From a virus (taxonomy: Duplodnaviria; Caudoviricetes), in IMG/VR virus record IMGVR_UViG_3300038608_000019, positions 1 to 39,196 of that record: a DNA stretch of 39,196 nucleotides. One strand, 5' to 3'. Below are positions 19,601 to 27,925 of this stretch, piece by piece. Numbering within the stretch: position 1 is the stretch's first letter; the number at the start of each line of letters is the position of its first letter. The notes under the pieces were generated by a model. It was not told where the DNA came from. It made no database searches and saw only the letters and a list, made by a program, of their open reading frames with translations. The translations under genes and the position numbers were made by a program.

Positions 19601-21457
19601 ATCCGGCTCGGCGGGTTCTACGCAGGCGATGACTTCTTCGGCGACAATGTGACTCCGGCAAATGCTAAAATATTGCTTGATAAGACCAATTCGCTAATGC
19701 GCTTAGGCCCGACATCCGGTGACTATCTCGTTCTGGACGGCGATTACAGCGGAGAACCGGCAGTTCGGAGCTCCAACTATGTCTCCGGCGCATTTGGGGC
19801 TGGCTTCCTTTTGAAATCGGATTTGCTGGAAGTTGGCAATATCGCCGCACGGGGAATCATCAGAACATCCGTCTTTGAATACGATTCTATATCGGTGCAT
19901 TCGGGGTCTGATGTCACGGTCAAGGGCGGAGACGTGCTTGCCGCTGATATGACTGCCGCAGGCGGGACGGCATTTAACAGAATTACAGAAGCAGGCGATA
20001 CGCGAATTACAGAAACGGGCGATACACTAATTACAGAAGGGATAGCAGAAATTATAATCGAAGGTAATGATACCTTTGCTGTTGGCGATATTCTGAGAAT
20101 TAAAGAAGGTACGGACGATGAATGGCTGGAAGTGCTTGAAAATAGTTATGCGCCCGTTTATTGGGTTAGCAGGGACAAGTCCGGCAACTACGCAACTGAC
20201 AGCAATCCAGCATGGACAAAGGGAGCATCGGTAATCAATTACGGGCAGGCAGGGGACGGCGGAATTTACATTACCGCCTCGGATACCAATGCTCCGAATC
20301 TGTCAATCTTCACCCATGAGGGCGAACCGTGGACTGCAATCACAACACATATCCGTGAAGGCAACCTCAATGGCTATGCCGGCTACGAAACAGATATTTA
20401 TGGCTGGGCGGCATACATTGACGCTGATAACTACATAAAAATTGACCCTGTTGATGGCATCAGGATGTCGGGCAGTATTGTTATTACTGGTTCTTCGGAA
20501 GTTCCCTGGGAATCTGTTACGGGGGCAGAAGAATTAACAGACAGAATATTTTCCGACTCCGCCACCAAAACTATTGTTGAAGCCTGGCGCAAGGCTGGCT
20601 CGCCAACATATATAGACGGAGAGCGTATATTTGCGAAAACCATTACAGCGGATAAGTTTAACTCCACGCTTTACGGCGACATGAATCAGGCAATGGCCTA
20701 CGTAAAAACGGTTCTGGGCGCAGGAGATGAATACGAGCATGATGTAACTGTCTCTGATCTGTCTGGAGGGACAAAAAGCACAATAGATGCTGATACTCAC
20801 ATTGATTATGGTGTTTCGATACGATTGGCCACTGCGATTAAGTGGGACGATGCCGGAGCTGTATGGGACATCGGAACATGGGACGAACCGACAGTCTCTT
20901 CCGGCTCATGGACATCCGCTGCTGTGGATTTTGGAAGTGTTAAAACCCTGCAAATGGCATTTTTATTTACGAAGATAGAAGAAGTCTCTGCTTCAACAAC
21001 TGAAACCATTAAATTTATTTATTCATCTGATGGAACAAATTGGGGAACAAATGAGACATTAGACGATGATGTTTGGGAAACAGCGTCAATTCTGAATGTT
21101 ACTGGGAATATTTATAAAGCAAGCGGAACATTGAAAAACATCAGGTATTTTATAATTAAAATTGAACTCTCAACAACGGTGACAACCGATCGGATAATCT
21201 TGCATACGATGACATATTTAGGGAATGTGATAAATATGTATGCAATGGAAGTGTATAAAGCAATAGCGGCTGGCGGTACTACAATTAATTTGTCTGGTTT
21301 TAAAGCGGCTCCTGCTATTACAGTGACGCCGGTGGGTTCTACGCCTTTAGTGCCGGTAATAACAGCGCAATCTAAGGATAATGCAACTATTAAGCTATAC
21401 AGTTTAGCCGGTGCAGATACAGGTGGATATGCAAACATAACAATAATAGGAAATTAA
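16643..21457 (+). CDS. central tail fibre/host specificity protein (gpI-like N-terminus + gpJ-like body, FN3, long C-terminal extension)
   Basis: 1604 aa; P.HGGGG..KNPLRT, N.ANPWGPIP...G, WGYGPL, NNPA, FN3-like Y..RYR...GVEYEIQ. Confidence 0.88.
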   Translation: MENRQIIVSPFAFHAPKVACIPHGLTIRQIVERMDQSAWSGAYLVEVDGLPVPREEWELVPDVAAHVLIYAPLHGGGGGGGKNPLRTILTIVVAVAAVVVSKGALAPYMGEMFAAGELGAYAAGAVVMTAGSLLVNAIAPIKYSNSLAARQSYNDSPTYSIGANSNQANPWGPIPVALGTHKVYPPLGASSYTELVGSDEYLRMLFVWGYGPLKIENIKIGDTLLSSYAGVEVQTKEGWSTDTPLTLFPSAVRQDSIGVIITNTGGQVVRTAKANVDELSVDVAFARGLVQFNDQGNRTARSVIVLVQYREVGAPSWTTVEQKTFSDLTTSAVRYGWRWTVNNTKSYEVGITRMTADTDDDRILDELYWVYLRNIETTYPITFPHPLAVTALRIKATDQLSGQLDNLNGVVSSYCPVWDDVAGTWGSTEASYAVTNNPAALIRHVLMSKANARARTSTQIDDATLGEFYEFCETKGYKFNMYRDYTSSVFEACQDIASTARAAITIKDGLWSVTADTGNQILTQHITPRNSWGFSAEKQLYNRPHAFRIKFKNELNDYNDDERIVYDDGYNSGNATLFETIEFPGITKPDLIWKFGRYHIAQARLRPEMYSLYMDFEHLVCRKGDKVRVSHDIPLWGLSWGRVKSLDVVSGNIIHITLDELSAMETGKSYACRFRKSDGATQVLSIVTEVGETATLQLQTPVAEALGPKVGDLAMFGKANSETVELLVHSIQRAGDFTAQLFLVDVASAIYTSDTGTIPPFDPQTTTSVDVTTLPPDPPTIDATVAGTDVSTASGGGSTSSIIVYLSAPANTVRIRGYRLRYRIVGETQFQYTPEMDNLTITIPNVIEGVEYEIQAQSISVYGVPSTWTSIGTGIPGTPQIVPAHPTGITAELVAGGEAYNYCAVRVIFTPPPTSLYSHCDIYASNDNINYHYVGQNTAGSFVFSGLGSIYETGDTCYIKLRSVSTFALAEAMPAAYDTSIVINGAIRLGGFYAGDDFFGDNVTPANAKILLDKTNSLMRLGPTSGDYLVLDGDYSGEPAVRSSNYVSGAFGAGFLLKSDLLEVGNIAARGIIRTSVFEYDSISVHSGSDVTVKGGDVLAADMTAAGGTAFNRITEAGDTRITETGDTLITEGIAEIIIEGNDTFAVGDILRIKEGTDDEWLEVLENSYAPVYWVSRDKSGNYATDSNPAWTKGASVINYGQAGDGGIYITASDTNAPNLSIFTHEGEPWTAITTHIREGNLNGYAGYETDIYGWAAYIDADNYIKIDPVDGIRMSGSIVITGSSEVPWESVTGAEELTDRIFSDSATKTIVEAWRKAGSPTYIDGERIFAKTITADKFNSTLYGDMNQAMAYVKTVLGAGDEYEHDVTVSDLSGGTKSTIDADTHIDYGVSIRLATAIKWDDAGAVWDIGTWDEPTVSSGSWTSAAVDFGSVKTLQMAFLFTKIEEVSASTTETIKFIYSSDGTNWGTNETLDDDVWETASILNVTGNIYKASGTLKNIRYFIIKIELSTTVTTDRIILHTMTYLGNVINMYAMEVYKAIAAGGTTINLSGFKAAPAITVTPVGSTPLVPVITAQSKDNATIKLYSLAGADTGGYANITIIGN
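16865..16885 (+). repeat. (GGT)7 in-frame glycine linker
   Basis: Seven GGT codons. Confidence 0.8.
19977..20042 (+). repeat. three 24-nt tandem repeats encoding RITEAGDT/RITETGDT/LITEG
   Basis: aattacagaa recurs at 24-nt spacing. Confidence 0.75.
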
Positions 21458-21473
21458 GGAGGTACGTAAAATA

Positions 21474-22190
21474 TTGGATAGAAAAAATAATGGGCAAATT
21501 AAGAAAGGGAATATTCCATGGAATAAGGGTAAGCCTTTGTCTGAAGAGCACAAACAAAAATTAAGCCTTTCCCACAAAGGTAAGATATTAAGTGCGGAAA
21601 CGAGACAAAAAATAAGTGCAAAAACTAAAGGAGATAAAAATCCATTTTTTGGTAAAAAGCACGATGAAAACACTCGGAAAAGGATGAGTATCAATAGTAA
21701 AGGGAAGGGTAAAGGGAATACTCATGGATTTAAAAAAGATCATATCCCATGGAATAAAGGTCTTAAAAATCACCTACCGGAAGAAACTATCTTGAAAATG
21801 AGCGAAGTCCATAAAGATAAACCAGGATATTGGACTGGGAAAAAGAGGAATTTTACAAAGGAATGGATAAGGAATGCTTTGCGAAGAAGAATTCCCACAT
21901 CGCTTGAAACGAAATTTCAAGATATAATAGATAAATATAATCTTCCGTATAAATTTGTTGGCGATGGGTCTTTTATGATAGGAAGGAAAAATCCTGATTT
22001 TATCAATATAAATGGAGACAAAACAGCAGTGGAGGTATATGCTAAATATTATAAATTGAAGCATGAAAAAACTATAGATATTTGGAAAAAAGAGCGAAGT
22101 GCAGTCTTTGCTGAATATGGATGGATGTTATATTATTTTGATGAAACGCAAGTAAACGAAAAAAATATATTAAATATATTAGGAGGGTGA
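21474..22190 (+). CDS. NUMOD3-repeat endonuclease with Vsr/DUF559-like nuclease domain
   Basis: PWNKG repeats, SEEHKQKLS, G.KNPFFGKKH; PTSLE...PDF...AVEV; strongly AT-rich; TTG start uncertain. Confidence 0.8.
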   Translation: MDRKNNGQIKKGNIPWNKGKPLSEEHKQKLSLSHKGKILSAETRQKISAKTKGDKNPFFGKKHDENTRKRMSINSKGKGKGNTHGFKKDHIPWNKGLKNHLPEETILKMSEVHKDKPGYWTGKKRNFTKEWIRNALRRRIPTSLETKFQDIIDKYNLPYKFVGDGSFMIGRKNPDFININGDKTAVEVYAKYYKLKHEKTIDIWKKERSAVFAEYGWMLYYFDETQVNEKNILNILGG

Positions 22191-22193
22191 AAA

Positions 22194-23156
22194 ATGTACG
22201 ATGGGGCAAAACCTGCAAACAGTAGTTCTCTTGTGTCGGCAGACATAAGAGAGAATTTCAGGGCATTAAAAGATGATGGTATCGTTTACGCCGCCGGAAT
22301 AACAAAGAGCATATCGGCAGGGACTGGCCTATCTGGTGGCGGGCAATTAAATGCGGACAGGACAATTAGCCATGCAGCACATACCGGCGACGTGACAGGA
22401 ACGACAAGTTTGACAATCGCCGCAGGTGCCGTAACTGAAACAAAGATTGGCTCTGGTGCCGTTTCACAGGCGAAACTGAAAACAAGCAGTGGAAATGTGA
22501 GTGTATCGGTTTCTGCTGGCGGTACCGCCTATACAGCTAGTCTTCCCGGAGGAGAATATGGGTTTACCTTGCAAGTTAAGGGAGAACTGAATGGGAATCT
22601 AAGGTTTAGAGGAATGGGCGTGGGCTCACTGAACACGTCCTATGTAACGCCGGGTGCTTATTTCGAGAGTATTGGGGATGGTGCTTTTGGCTATGCCCAG
22701 CAACGATATGTTACATCATCCGGTGAAATCCATTGGGTATTTATCCTGCGGGACAAGACGACAAAAAATACCATTGCGATGTATCAGGCTCCCGACCATC
22801 CCTGCTTCGGCAATGGCGGCAAGCCGCTGCTTGTGCCCCATCCCTTTGGTAGTTACGACCCGGACAAGCATGAAATTATCGTCATCAACCCATCTGACGA
22901 AGATGTCTTCAACATGCAGGACGCCTGCATTATGTCGGAAGACAAGCCGGACAGGGACATTCTCGAAGTCATCATGGAAGATTATGAAATTGATGAAGAC
23001 TTACAGACTGAATGGCCAAAGAAAGAAGTAACCGTAGGACTGCCGAAAAACGTTGACTGGAAACGTATGCCGGAAGGCAGTAAGGTTGTGCCCGTGAAAA
23101 AACGGATACCGCAGCCAGAATATCTAACGACAAGAAAGCTATGGAGAAAGAAATAA
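22194..23156 (+). CDS. tail fibre-like protein
   Basis: IRENF.AL, AGTGLSGGG, HTGDVTG, GAVT..KI fibre motifs. Confidence 0.7.
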   Translation: MYDGAKPANSSSLVSADIRENFRALKDDGIVYAAGITKSISAGTGLSGGGQLNADRTISHAAHTGDVTGTTSLTIAAGAVTETKIGSGAVSQAKLKTSSGNVSVSVSAGGTAYTASLPGGEYGFTLQVKGELNGNLRFRGMGVGSLNTSYVTPGAYFESIGDGAFGYAQQRYVTSSGEIHWVFILRDKTTKNTIAMYQAPDHPCFGNGGKPLLVPHPFGSYDPDKHEIIVINPSDEDVFNMQDACIMSEDKPDRDILEVIMEDYEIDEDLQTEWPKKEVTVGLPKNVDWKRMPEGSKVVPVKKRIPQPEYLTTRKLWRKK

Positions 23157-23167
23157 GGAGATAAAAT

Positions 23168-23974
23168 ATGGCTAATATTAAAATAACCGATTTACCTGAG
23201 CTTACGACAACACCAAACGACGCCAACTTACTGGAAATAGTGGATAAGGCAAGTGAAACGCCAACAAGCAAGAAGATTACATGGGCTACCATTAAGGCCG
23301 CTGTCTTGACTGCTGTCGGCAAAGTCAATGAGGCAGTTGGCTTTACTCTTTCCGGCGGCACTACCAGCAAGACACTGACTGTTGAAGATACTTCTCTTGT
23401 CAATCAAGATTTGACCACAGACGCTTCACCCACATTTGCCAACATTACCGATTCAGGCTTGACCGCGTCTCAGACAGTTTTCTCTGACGCGGATAAAAAG
23501 CTAATAACTAAATCAGCTGCAGATACGATGATTGCCTTGGTTGGTTCTCTTACAGCTAATTACAAGTGCTTTGTCAATGCTGCTGGGAATGGGACGGAGT
23601 GGGCAAATGGAATGAAGCTTGTCTCGTTCACCCGCGCATTTGATGGAGCAAGTGGCGATGTATCTTATACGGGAGCTGGATTTAAACCGTCTGCTGCTGT
23701 TTTTTTTGGAGCGGTAAACGGTGCTGCTGGCCATTGGGGATTTGGATGGGCAGCGGGGGCTGCACAAGGGCTTTTTCAAAGTAATTATCTACAAACGGCA
23801 GGGGCTGCACGAGTACTGACGTCAGACTATTGTTTTGCAATTCAACCAGATGTAAATACTGGCCAAATAGCGTCCTTGAAAACATGGGATTCTGATGGAA
23901 TGACTATTACATGGGCTAAAGGTGGGTCTCCTGGTGCTGGAACTATAACTATAATGGTATTATATCTGAGATAA
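23168..23974 (+). CDS. tail fibre/receptor-binding protein
   Basis: N-terminal MANIKITDLPEL; C-terminal TGAGFKPSA...DGMTI.W beta domain. Confidence 0.7.
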   Translation: MANIKITDLPELTTTPNDANLLEIVDKASETPTSKKITWATIKAAVLTAVGKVNEAVGFTLSGGTTSKTLTVEDTSLVNQDLTTDASPTFANITDSGLTASQTVFSDADKKLITKSAADTMIALVGSLTANYKCFVNAAGNGTEWANGMKLVSFTRAFDGASGDVSYTGAGFKPSAAVFFGAVNGAAGHWGFGWAAGAAQGLFQSNYLQTAGAARVLTSDYCFAIQPDVNTGQIASLKTWDSDGMTITWAKGGSPGAGTITIMVLYLR

Positions 23975-23984
23975 GGGGGATTTT

Positions 23985-24338
23985 ATGAATAGAGTATGTT
24001 TAGCAAAAGACGGGAAGTTGATCGAAATGCAGAGCGGCGGAGACGACCGTCCTGACTTGATGGAAACGCACCTTAATACGTTGAAACAAAATGCCATCAA
24101 TGCCGGATACAAAGAAGAAGACATTGAAGTCAAGTGGGTGACGGATGAGGAACTAGATATCATCATGGAAGCGCAAAGACAGCGTGACCTTGATGCAAGG
24201 CCTTATGGTGAAAAGCGTAAGTCTGAATATCCGCCTATGGCAGAGTACCTTGATGGAGTTGTTAAAGGCGACCAGGCACAGATTGATAAGTATATTGCGG
24301 ATTGCTTAGCGGTAAAAGCCAAGTATCCAAAAAGCTAA
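23985..24338 (+). CDS. tail fibre assembly/chaperone-like protein
   Basis: R.SEYPP..EYLD......VKAKYPK C-terminal motif after fibre genes. Confidence 0.7.
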   Translation: MNRVCLAKDGKLIEMQSGGDDRPDLMETHLNTLKQNAINAGYKEEDIEVKWVTDEELDIIMEAQRQRDLDARPYGEKRKSEYPPMAEYLDGVVKGDQAQIDKYIADCLAVKAKYPKS

Positions 24339-24387
24339 TTCAACGAGAAGCATGAAACTATAATCTAAAAAGGACGGTGCTGGAAGA

Positions 24388-24759
24388 ATGGAACAACGAC
24401 ACAACTGGGTTTGTGATGCTCACGAAGAAACATTTAGGGCAATCAACAAAAAACTTGATGACATTGTTGACCGGCAGATTGCTTATGCGGAAATATCCGC
24501 GAGGATTGAGTCGAAGCAGGAACAACTTGAGAGGATTGTCATAAATGGATTAACTCATAGTGTTGCAGATATGACTAAGAAAATAAACGATATTTGTAAA
24601 AAACTTTCTGCTCTTGAAGATTTTAAATGGTTCCAGCAACCGATCACAAAGTTCCGTGATAAACTCTTTTGGTATGGTATAGCAATAGCGTTACTTGGAG
24701 GAGGAGTTTATTCACTGGTACATTATGGTTCAACAATAATTAAGGAGGTGTTGCCATGA
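24388..24759 (+). CDS. coiled-coil protein with C-terminal TM, putative holin/antiholin
   Basis: Coiled coil plus one TM; first gene of the lysis cassette. Confidence 0.6.
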   Translation: MEQRHNWVCDAHEETFRAINKKLDDIVDRQIAYAEISARIESKQEQLERIVINGLTHSVADMTKKINDICKKLSALEDFKWFQQPITKFRDKLFWYGIAIALLGGGVYSLVHYGSTIIKEVLP

Positions 24760-24905
24760 ATCCGTATGAATGGTGGTTAAAGGTAGTCGAAATGTGGATG
24801 AACTTGGCCTTTGAGGTAAATGCCTTGCGAAACTGCCATAACCAGAACAAAAGTGAACTGACAAAGATTAAAGAACTGTTGATTAGGGAGGGACTTTGGA
24901 AATGA
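24756..24905 (+). CDS. 49-aa hypothetical lysis-cassette protein (MNPYEWWLKVVEMWMN...)
   Basis: AAGGAGG RBS; ATGA overlaps at both ends. Confidence 0.55.
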   Translation: MNPYEWWLKVVEMWMNLAFEVNALRNCHNQNKSELTKIKELLIREGLWK

Positions 24906-25240
24906 ATAATTTTGATATTCGGGAATTTGATTGTAAATGTTGTGGCGAGAATAAAATGGAACCGGAGTTTCTCAAAAAACTTGATGAGGCAAGAGATATA
25001 GCTGGCATTCCGTTTGTCATAAGTTCGGGATATAGGTGCTTGAAACACAATAAAGAAGTTGGTTCAACGTCTACTAACCATACTCTTGGAGTGGCAAGTG
25101 ATATACGATGCACAAACGGGCCGGCAAGATTTAAAATCATTAAGGCATTGATAGAGGTAGGATTTTCACGAATCGGGGTGGCAAAAACATTTATCCATTG
25201 TGATGCAAATATGCTACCCTCATCTATCTGGTTTTATTAG
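24902..25240 (+). CDS. endolysin, peptidase M15 family
   Basis: EF.CKCCG, ISSGYRC..HN..VG, H..G.A.DI, FIH.D. Confidence 0.9.
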   Translation: MNNFDIREFDCKCCGENKMEPEFLKKLDEARDIAGIPFVISSGYRCLKHNKEVGSTSTNHTLGVASDIRCTNGPARFKIIKALIEVGFSRIGVAKTFIHCDANMLPSSIWFY

Positions 25241-25250
25241 GAGGTTTATC

Positions 25251-25673
25251 ATGGGAATTGAAGCTATATTAGCGTTGGTATCATTGGTCATTCCACCGGC
25301 TTTTGATTTTGTTAAGAAGAAATTCTTGAAGCCGTCACAGGATACGCCAGAAGCGACTATGGCAGCACTGGCGACGACCAAGCCGGAAGTTATGGGAGAA
25401 TACCTTAAAGGTCAGGCAGGTCTGCTGGAGGCCAAAACAAAGTATTTCAATCGGGACGTTTGCGGAGTCCCTACTCAGTGGGTCATAAATCTTCGTGCTT
25501 CCATTCGCCCTATCGGTGTCATAATGGCCTTCATTATCCTTTCAGGCATGGCGTATTTGGCCTTCAACGATTACACATTCTCGGCAGAAATGAAAAGCAC
25601 CGTTGACGGTGTAAGATATGCTTGTGTTGTTATTATGGCCTCGTGGTTCGGCGACCGTTTGAGTGAAGACTAG
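25251..25673 (+). CDS. putative holin (3TM-like)
   Basis: Three hydrophobic segments, LRA.IRP and WFGDR motifs, follows endolysin. Confidence 0.7.
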   Translation: MGIEAILALVSLVIPPAFDFVKKKFLKPSQDTPEATMAALATTKPEVMGEYLKGQAGLLEAKTKYFNRDVCGVPTQWVINLRASIRPIGVIMAFIILSGMAYLAFNDYTFSAEMKSTVDGVRYACVVIMASWFGDRLSED

Positions 25674-25695
25674 CCATATCAACTAAAAGCGTTGC

Positions 25696-25740
25696 AGGCC
25701 CGCACCAGACTTAGGGTCTTGGTGGTAGTATGCGTGGCTT
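25696..25740. terminator. hairpin between convergent operons
   Basis: cacca-gac-ttagg-gtc-t-tggtg stem; no U tract. Confidence 0.35.
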
Positions 25741-25742
25741 GT

Positions 25743-26117
25743 TCATTTCTCTTCCTCCCATCCATAGAACTCTGCCGCCAGTTTACACCTACTTTCATAG
25801 TCGTCGTCACCAAGACAGAAAAGCCATGCATCAAATATTTCTGTTGTCGGAACATCTTTATAATATTTGAAGACAAAATCAGCAAATCTTGTCCACTTCC
25901 TGTCTTTATAAATCGCTCTGTAAAGTTCCATCATATCGTTGAGATAATTAAATGCACGATTTCTTCGATGGATATGTTCATCAAGCGTTTCTCTGGGCCA
26001 TCTACACTCTCGACCGCATATACATTTTTGGCCAAGATATGCACCGTTGCTTTCGTGCCAAACTTCGTGAAGAATATTCTCGGTTAGAAACTTTTTCCAG
26101 TTCATTTCTTCGAGCAT
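25743..26117 (-). CDS. hypothetical protein, distant paralog of the next two ORFs
   Basis: F..LND......W..F.....AWL pattern; AGGAGG RBS. Confidence 0.65.
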   Translation of the reverse strand: MLEEMNWKKFLTENILHEVWHESNGAYLGQKCICGRECRWPRETLDEHIHRRNRAFNYLNDMMELYRAIYKDRKWTRFADFVFKYYKDVPTTEIFDAWLFCLGDDDYESRCKLAAEFYGWEEEK

Positions 26118-26154
26118 ACATCCTCCTGATCACAAAGAGATTTGTGAAGTATTT

Positions 26155-26448
26155 TCATTTCTTTTCCTCCTTCATCCACTTAGCCATAGCCGTGAAAAAA
26201 TTATCAGAATCATAAAGCCATGCAAGAAGCTGACTCCATGTATTGAACCGCTTGCTTGTGTCTGCCTCAACATGGGTTACGAAATCAGCCCAATCCCTAC
26301 GCCTTTTCATTTCCTTGGCACATAGTCCGGCATCGTTGAGATCAAAATCAACCAATACTATTCCGGAATCGTCCTCCCTCCACCAATTTAACACAGTTGT
26401 TTCCCATCCCATATATTCCCTTATTAATTCCTTGTCTTCGTTATTCAT
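26155..26448 (-). CDS. hypothetical protein (paralog pair)
   Basis: EDK.LI..YMGW...FDLN.AG.C..EM.RR..W...AWLYD.DNFFTAMA.W. Confidence 0.75.
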   Translation of the reverse strand: MNNEDKELIREYMGWETTVLNWWREDDSGIVLVDFDLNDAGLCAKEMKRRRDWADFVTHVEADTSKRFNTWSQLLAWLYDSDNFFTAMAKWMKEEKK

Positions 26449-26768
26449 CCCTTTTCCTCCTTCAACCAGGCTGCCATAGCCGTGAAAAAATTATCAGCAT
26501 CGTAAAGCCATGCGGTAAATCCTGCCTGCAAAAAACAATCCTTTGAGTATTTATCGACAGTGAATCTATGAAACGCAACCCAATTTCTGCGTCTCTGCAT
26601 CTCCTCAACACATGCTCCGGCAGCGTTGAGATCAAAGTAAATATTCCTAAGGCCGTTATCGCAAGTTGTAAAAACGAAATCTTCCTGCATGTTGAAAACG
26701 TGTGCAACATGAGTTCTCGTCCGCCATCCCATGTAGTCACCAATCAATTTTTTGTCCTCATTTGTCAT
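26445..26768 (-). CDS. hypothetical protein (paralog pair)
   Basis: Same motifs as 26155-26448; ATGA-coupled. Confidence 0.75.
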   Translation of the reverse strand: MTNEDKKLIGDYMGWRTRTHVAHVFNMQEDFVFTTCDNGLRNIYFDLNAAGACVEEMQRRRNWVAFHRFTVDKYSKDCFLQAGFTAWLYDADNFFTAMAAWLKEEKG

Positions 26769-26810
26769 ATTTATACCCTTTCAATTCTTTTTGTTTCTCT
26801 TCATCGATAA

Positions 26811-26963
26811 TCATTTCTTTTCCTCCTTAAACGGGCAGTTTTTTTCTGTGCAGACTTCAAAATCGTTTACTGTGCATGATGTCTTTTTTCGCCCGTAGTA
26901 TGGGATATATTTAAGCGGACAATTTTTCCGATCTGTTCTGATTATAACCTTAAAGTTTTTCAT
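26811..26963 (-). CDS. 50-aa Cys-containing hypothetical protein
   Basis: MKNFKVIIRTDRKNCP...C...C...CPFKEEKK; ATGA overlaps. Confidence 0.55.
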   Translation of the reverse strand: MKNFKVIIRTDRKNCPLKYIPYYGRKKTSCTVNDFEVCTEKNCPFKEEKK

Positions 26964-27175
26964 TTTCTGCCCTCCTTTGTCCAGTACCATACACCATGCA
27001 ACATTACTGCTTCGGAAAAAGGATGCGGTTTAGCATCTGATGGGACGTACTCCCACCACTCGCGGCTTGCCGAGACAACTGCGCCTTTTCCCGGCAATAG
27101 CCAGCGCCATCTCCCGCTTTCCTTGATATACGTTGGCTGCGGGTCAACTTTCACTAATTTAATTTCTTCTTTCAT
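26960..27175 (-). CDS. Trp-rich hypothetical protein
   Basis: AAGGAGG RBS, ATGA coupling. Confidence 0.6.
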   Translation of the reverse strand: MKEEIKLVKVDPQPTYIKESGRWRWLLPGKGAVVSASREWWEYVPSDAKPHPFSEAVMLHGVWYWTKEGRK

Positions 27176-27429
27176 TCTCTTTCCTCCTTTGTTAGCCCAT
27201 CTGGATACCATTTAGGACAAGCCTTATGACAATTTATTTGCTCTCCCTTCATTTCGCAGTATGTGTCTATATTAACTACATGAGCATTCTCGCAGTTCCC
27301 GCAGCACTTGAGATCATTGACAATATCTTCAAGTTCTTTTGCTTGCCTGATAAATTCGTCCATCTTCCATTCATCAGGCCGATCTATTCTCCATTGCTTT
27401 AATTGTTCACTAAGATTAATAATTATCAT
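27172..27429 (-). CDS. hypothetical protein with C-terminal DLKCCGNC module
   Basis: Module shared with 27679-27921. Confidence 0.65.
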   Translation of the reverse strand: MIIINLSEQLKQWRIDRPDEWKMDEFIRQAKELEDIVNDLKCCGNCENAHVVNIDTYCEMKGEQINCHKACPKWYPDGLTKEERE

Positions 27430-27686
27430 ATTTCCTCTTTTTCAATAAAGCAAAAATCTGATAAAAAATTCTCTTTTGTTTTTTTTGATGTTATTTTAAA
27501 TACAAAGCCGCAGTGGGCACATGGTAAGGTCTGGAGATGTTTTGTTATCCCAGAGATTGTAATCATAAACACTGTTCCTGCAGGCATTTTACCGAGCTGA
27601 TTTCCTACAATTCTCGTTGACATAACATAATGGCCTTCCCAATCTTTAATTTTGGCTGGCGGGTCAATCTTATGGTAATTAATCAT
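27426..27686 (-). CDS. hypothetical protein with CxxC
   Basis: Coupled within operon, good RBS. Confidence 0.6.
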   Translation of the reverse strand: MINYHKIDPPAKIKDWEGHYVMSTRIVGNQLGKMPAGTVFMITISGITKHLQTLPCAHCGFVFKITSKKTKENFLSDFCFIEKEEI

Positions 27687-27921
27687 TTTCTTTCCCTCCT
27701 CCTTTCATATATACCCTCTCAATCCTTGTTAGCCCGTCTGAATACCAAAATTCACAGTAATGGCCCGGGCTATATCCATGCTTTGATCGGCAATCTCCAC
27801 GTGGTGTATAGTGTTTGCAGTTCCCGCAGCACTTTAAGTCATTTGCCTGTTGCTCAATGATGGGCATCTGTTCTTTCATGACTTCGATCAACGCCTTAAG
27901 CATTGCAATCTGGTTATCCAT
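27679..27921 (-). CDS. hypothetical protein with C-terminal DLKCCGNC module
   Basis: ATG 27921 (MDNQIAML); module shared with 27172-27429. Confidence 0.6.
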   Translation of the reverse strand: MDNQIAMLKALIEVMKEQMPIIEQQANDLKCCGNCKHYTPRGDCRSKHGYSPGHYCEFWYSDGLTRIERVYMKGGGKEND

Positions 27922-27925
27922 TTTC

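Noticed and set aside
25743-26768. Diversity-generating retroelement TR/VR pair
   Set aside because: No reverse transcriptase in the window, and differences between the copies are not adenine-specific; these are coding paralogs
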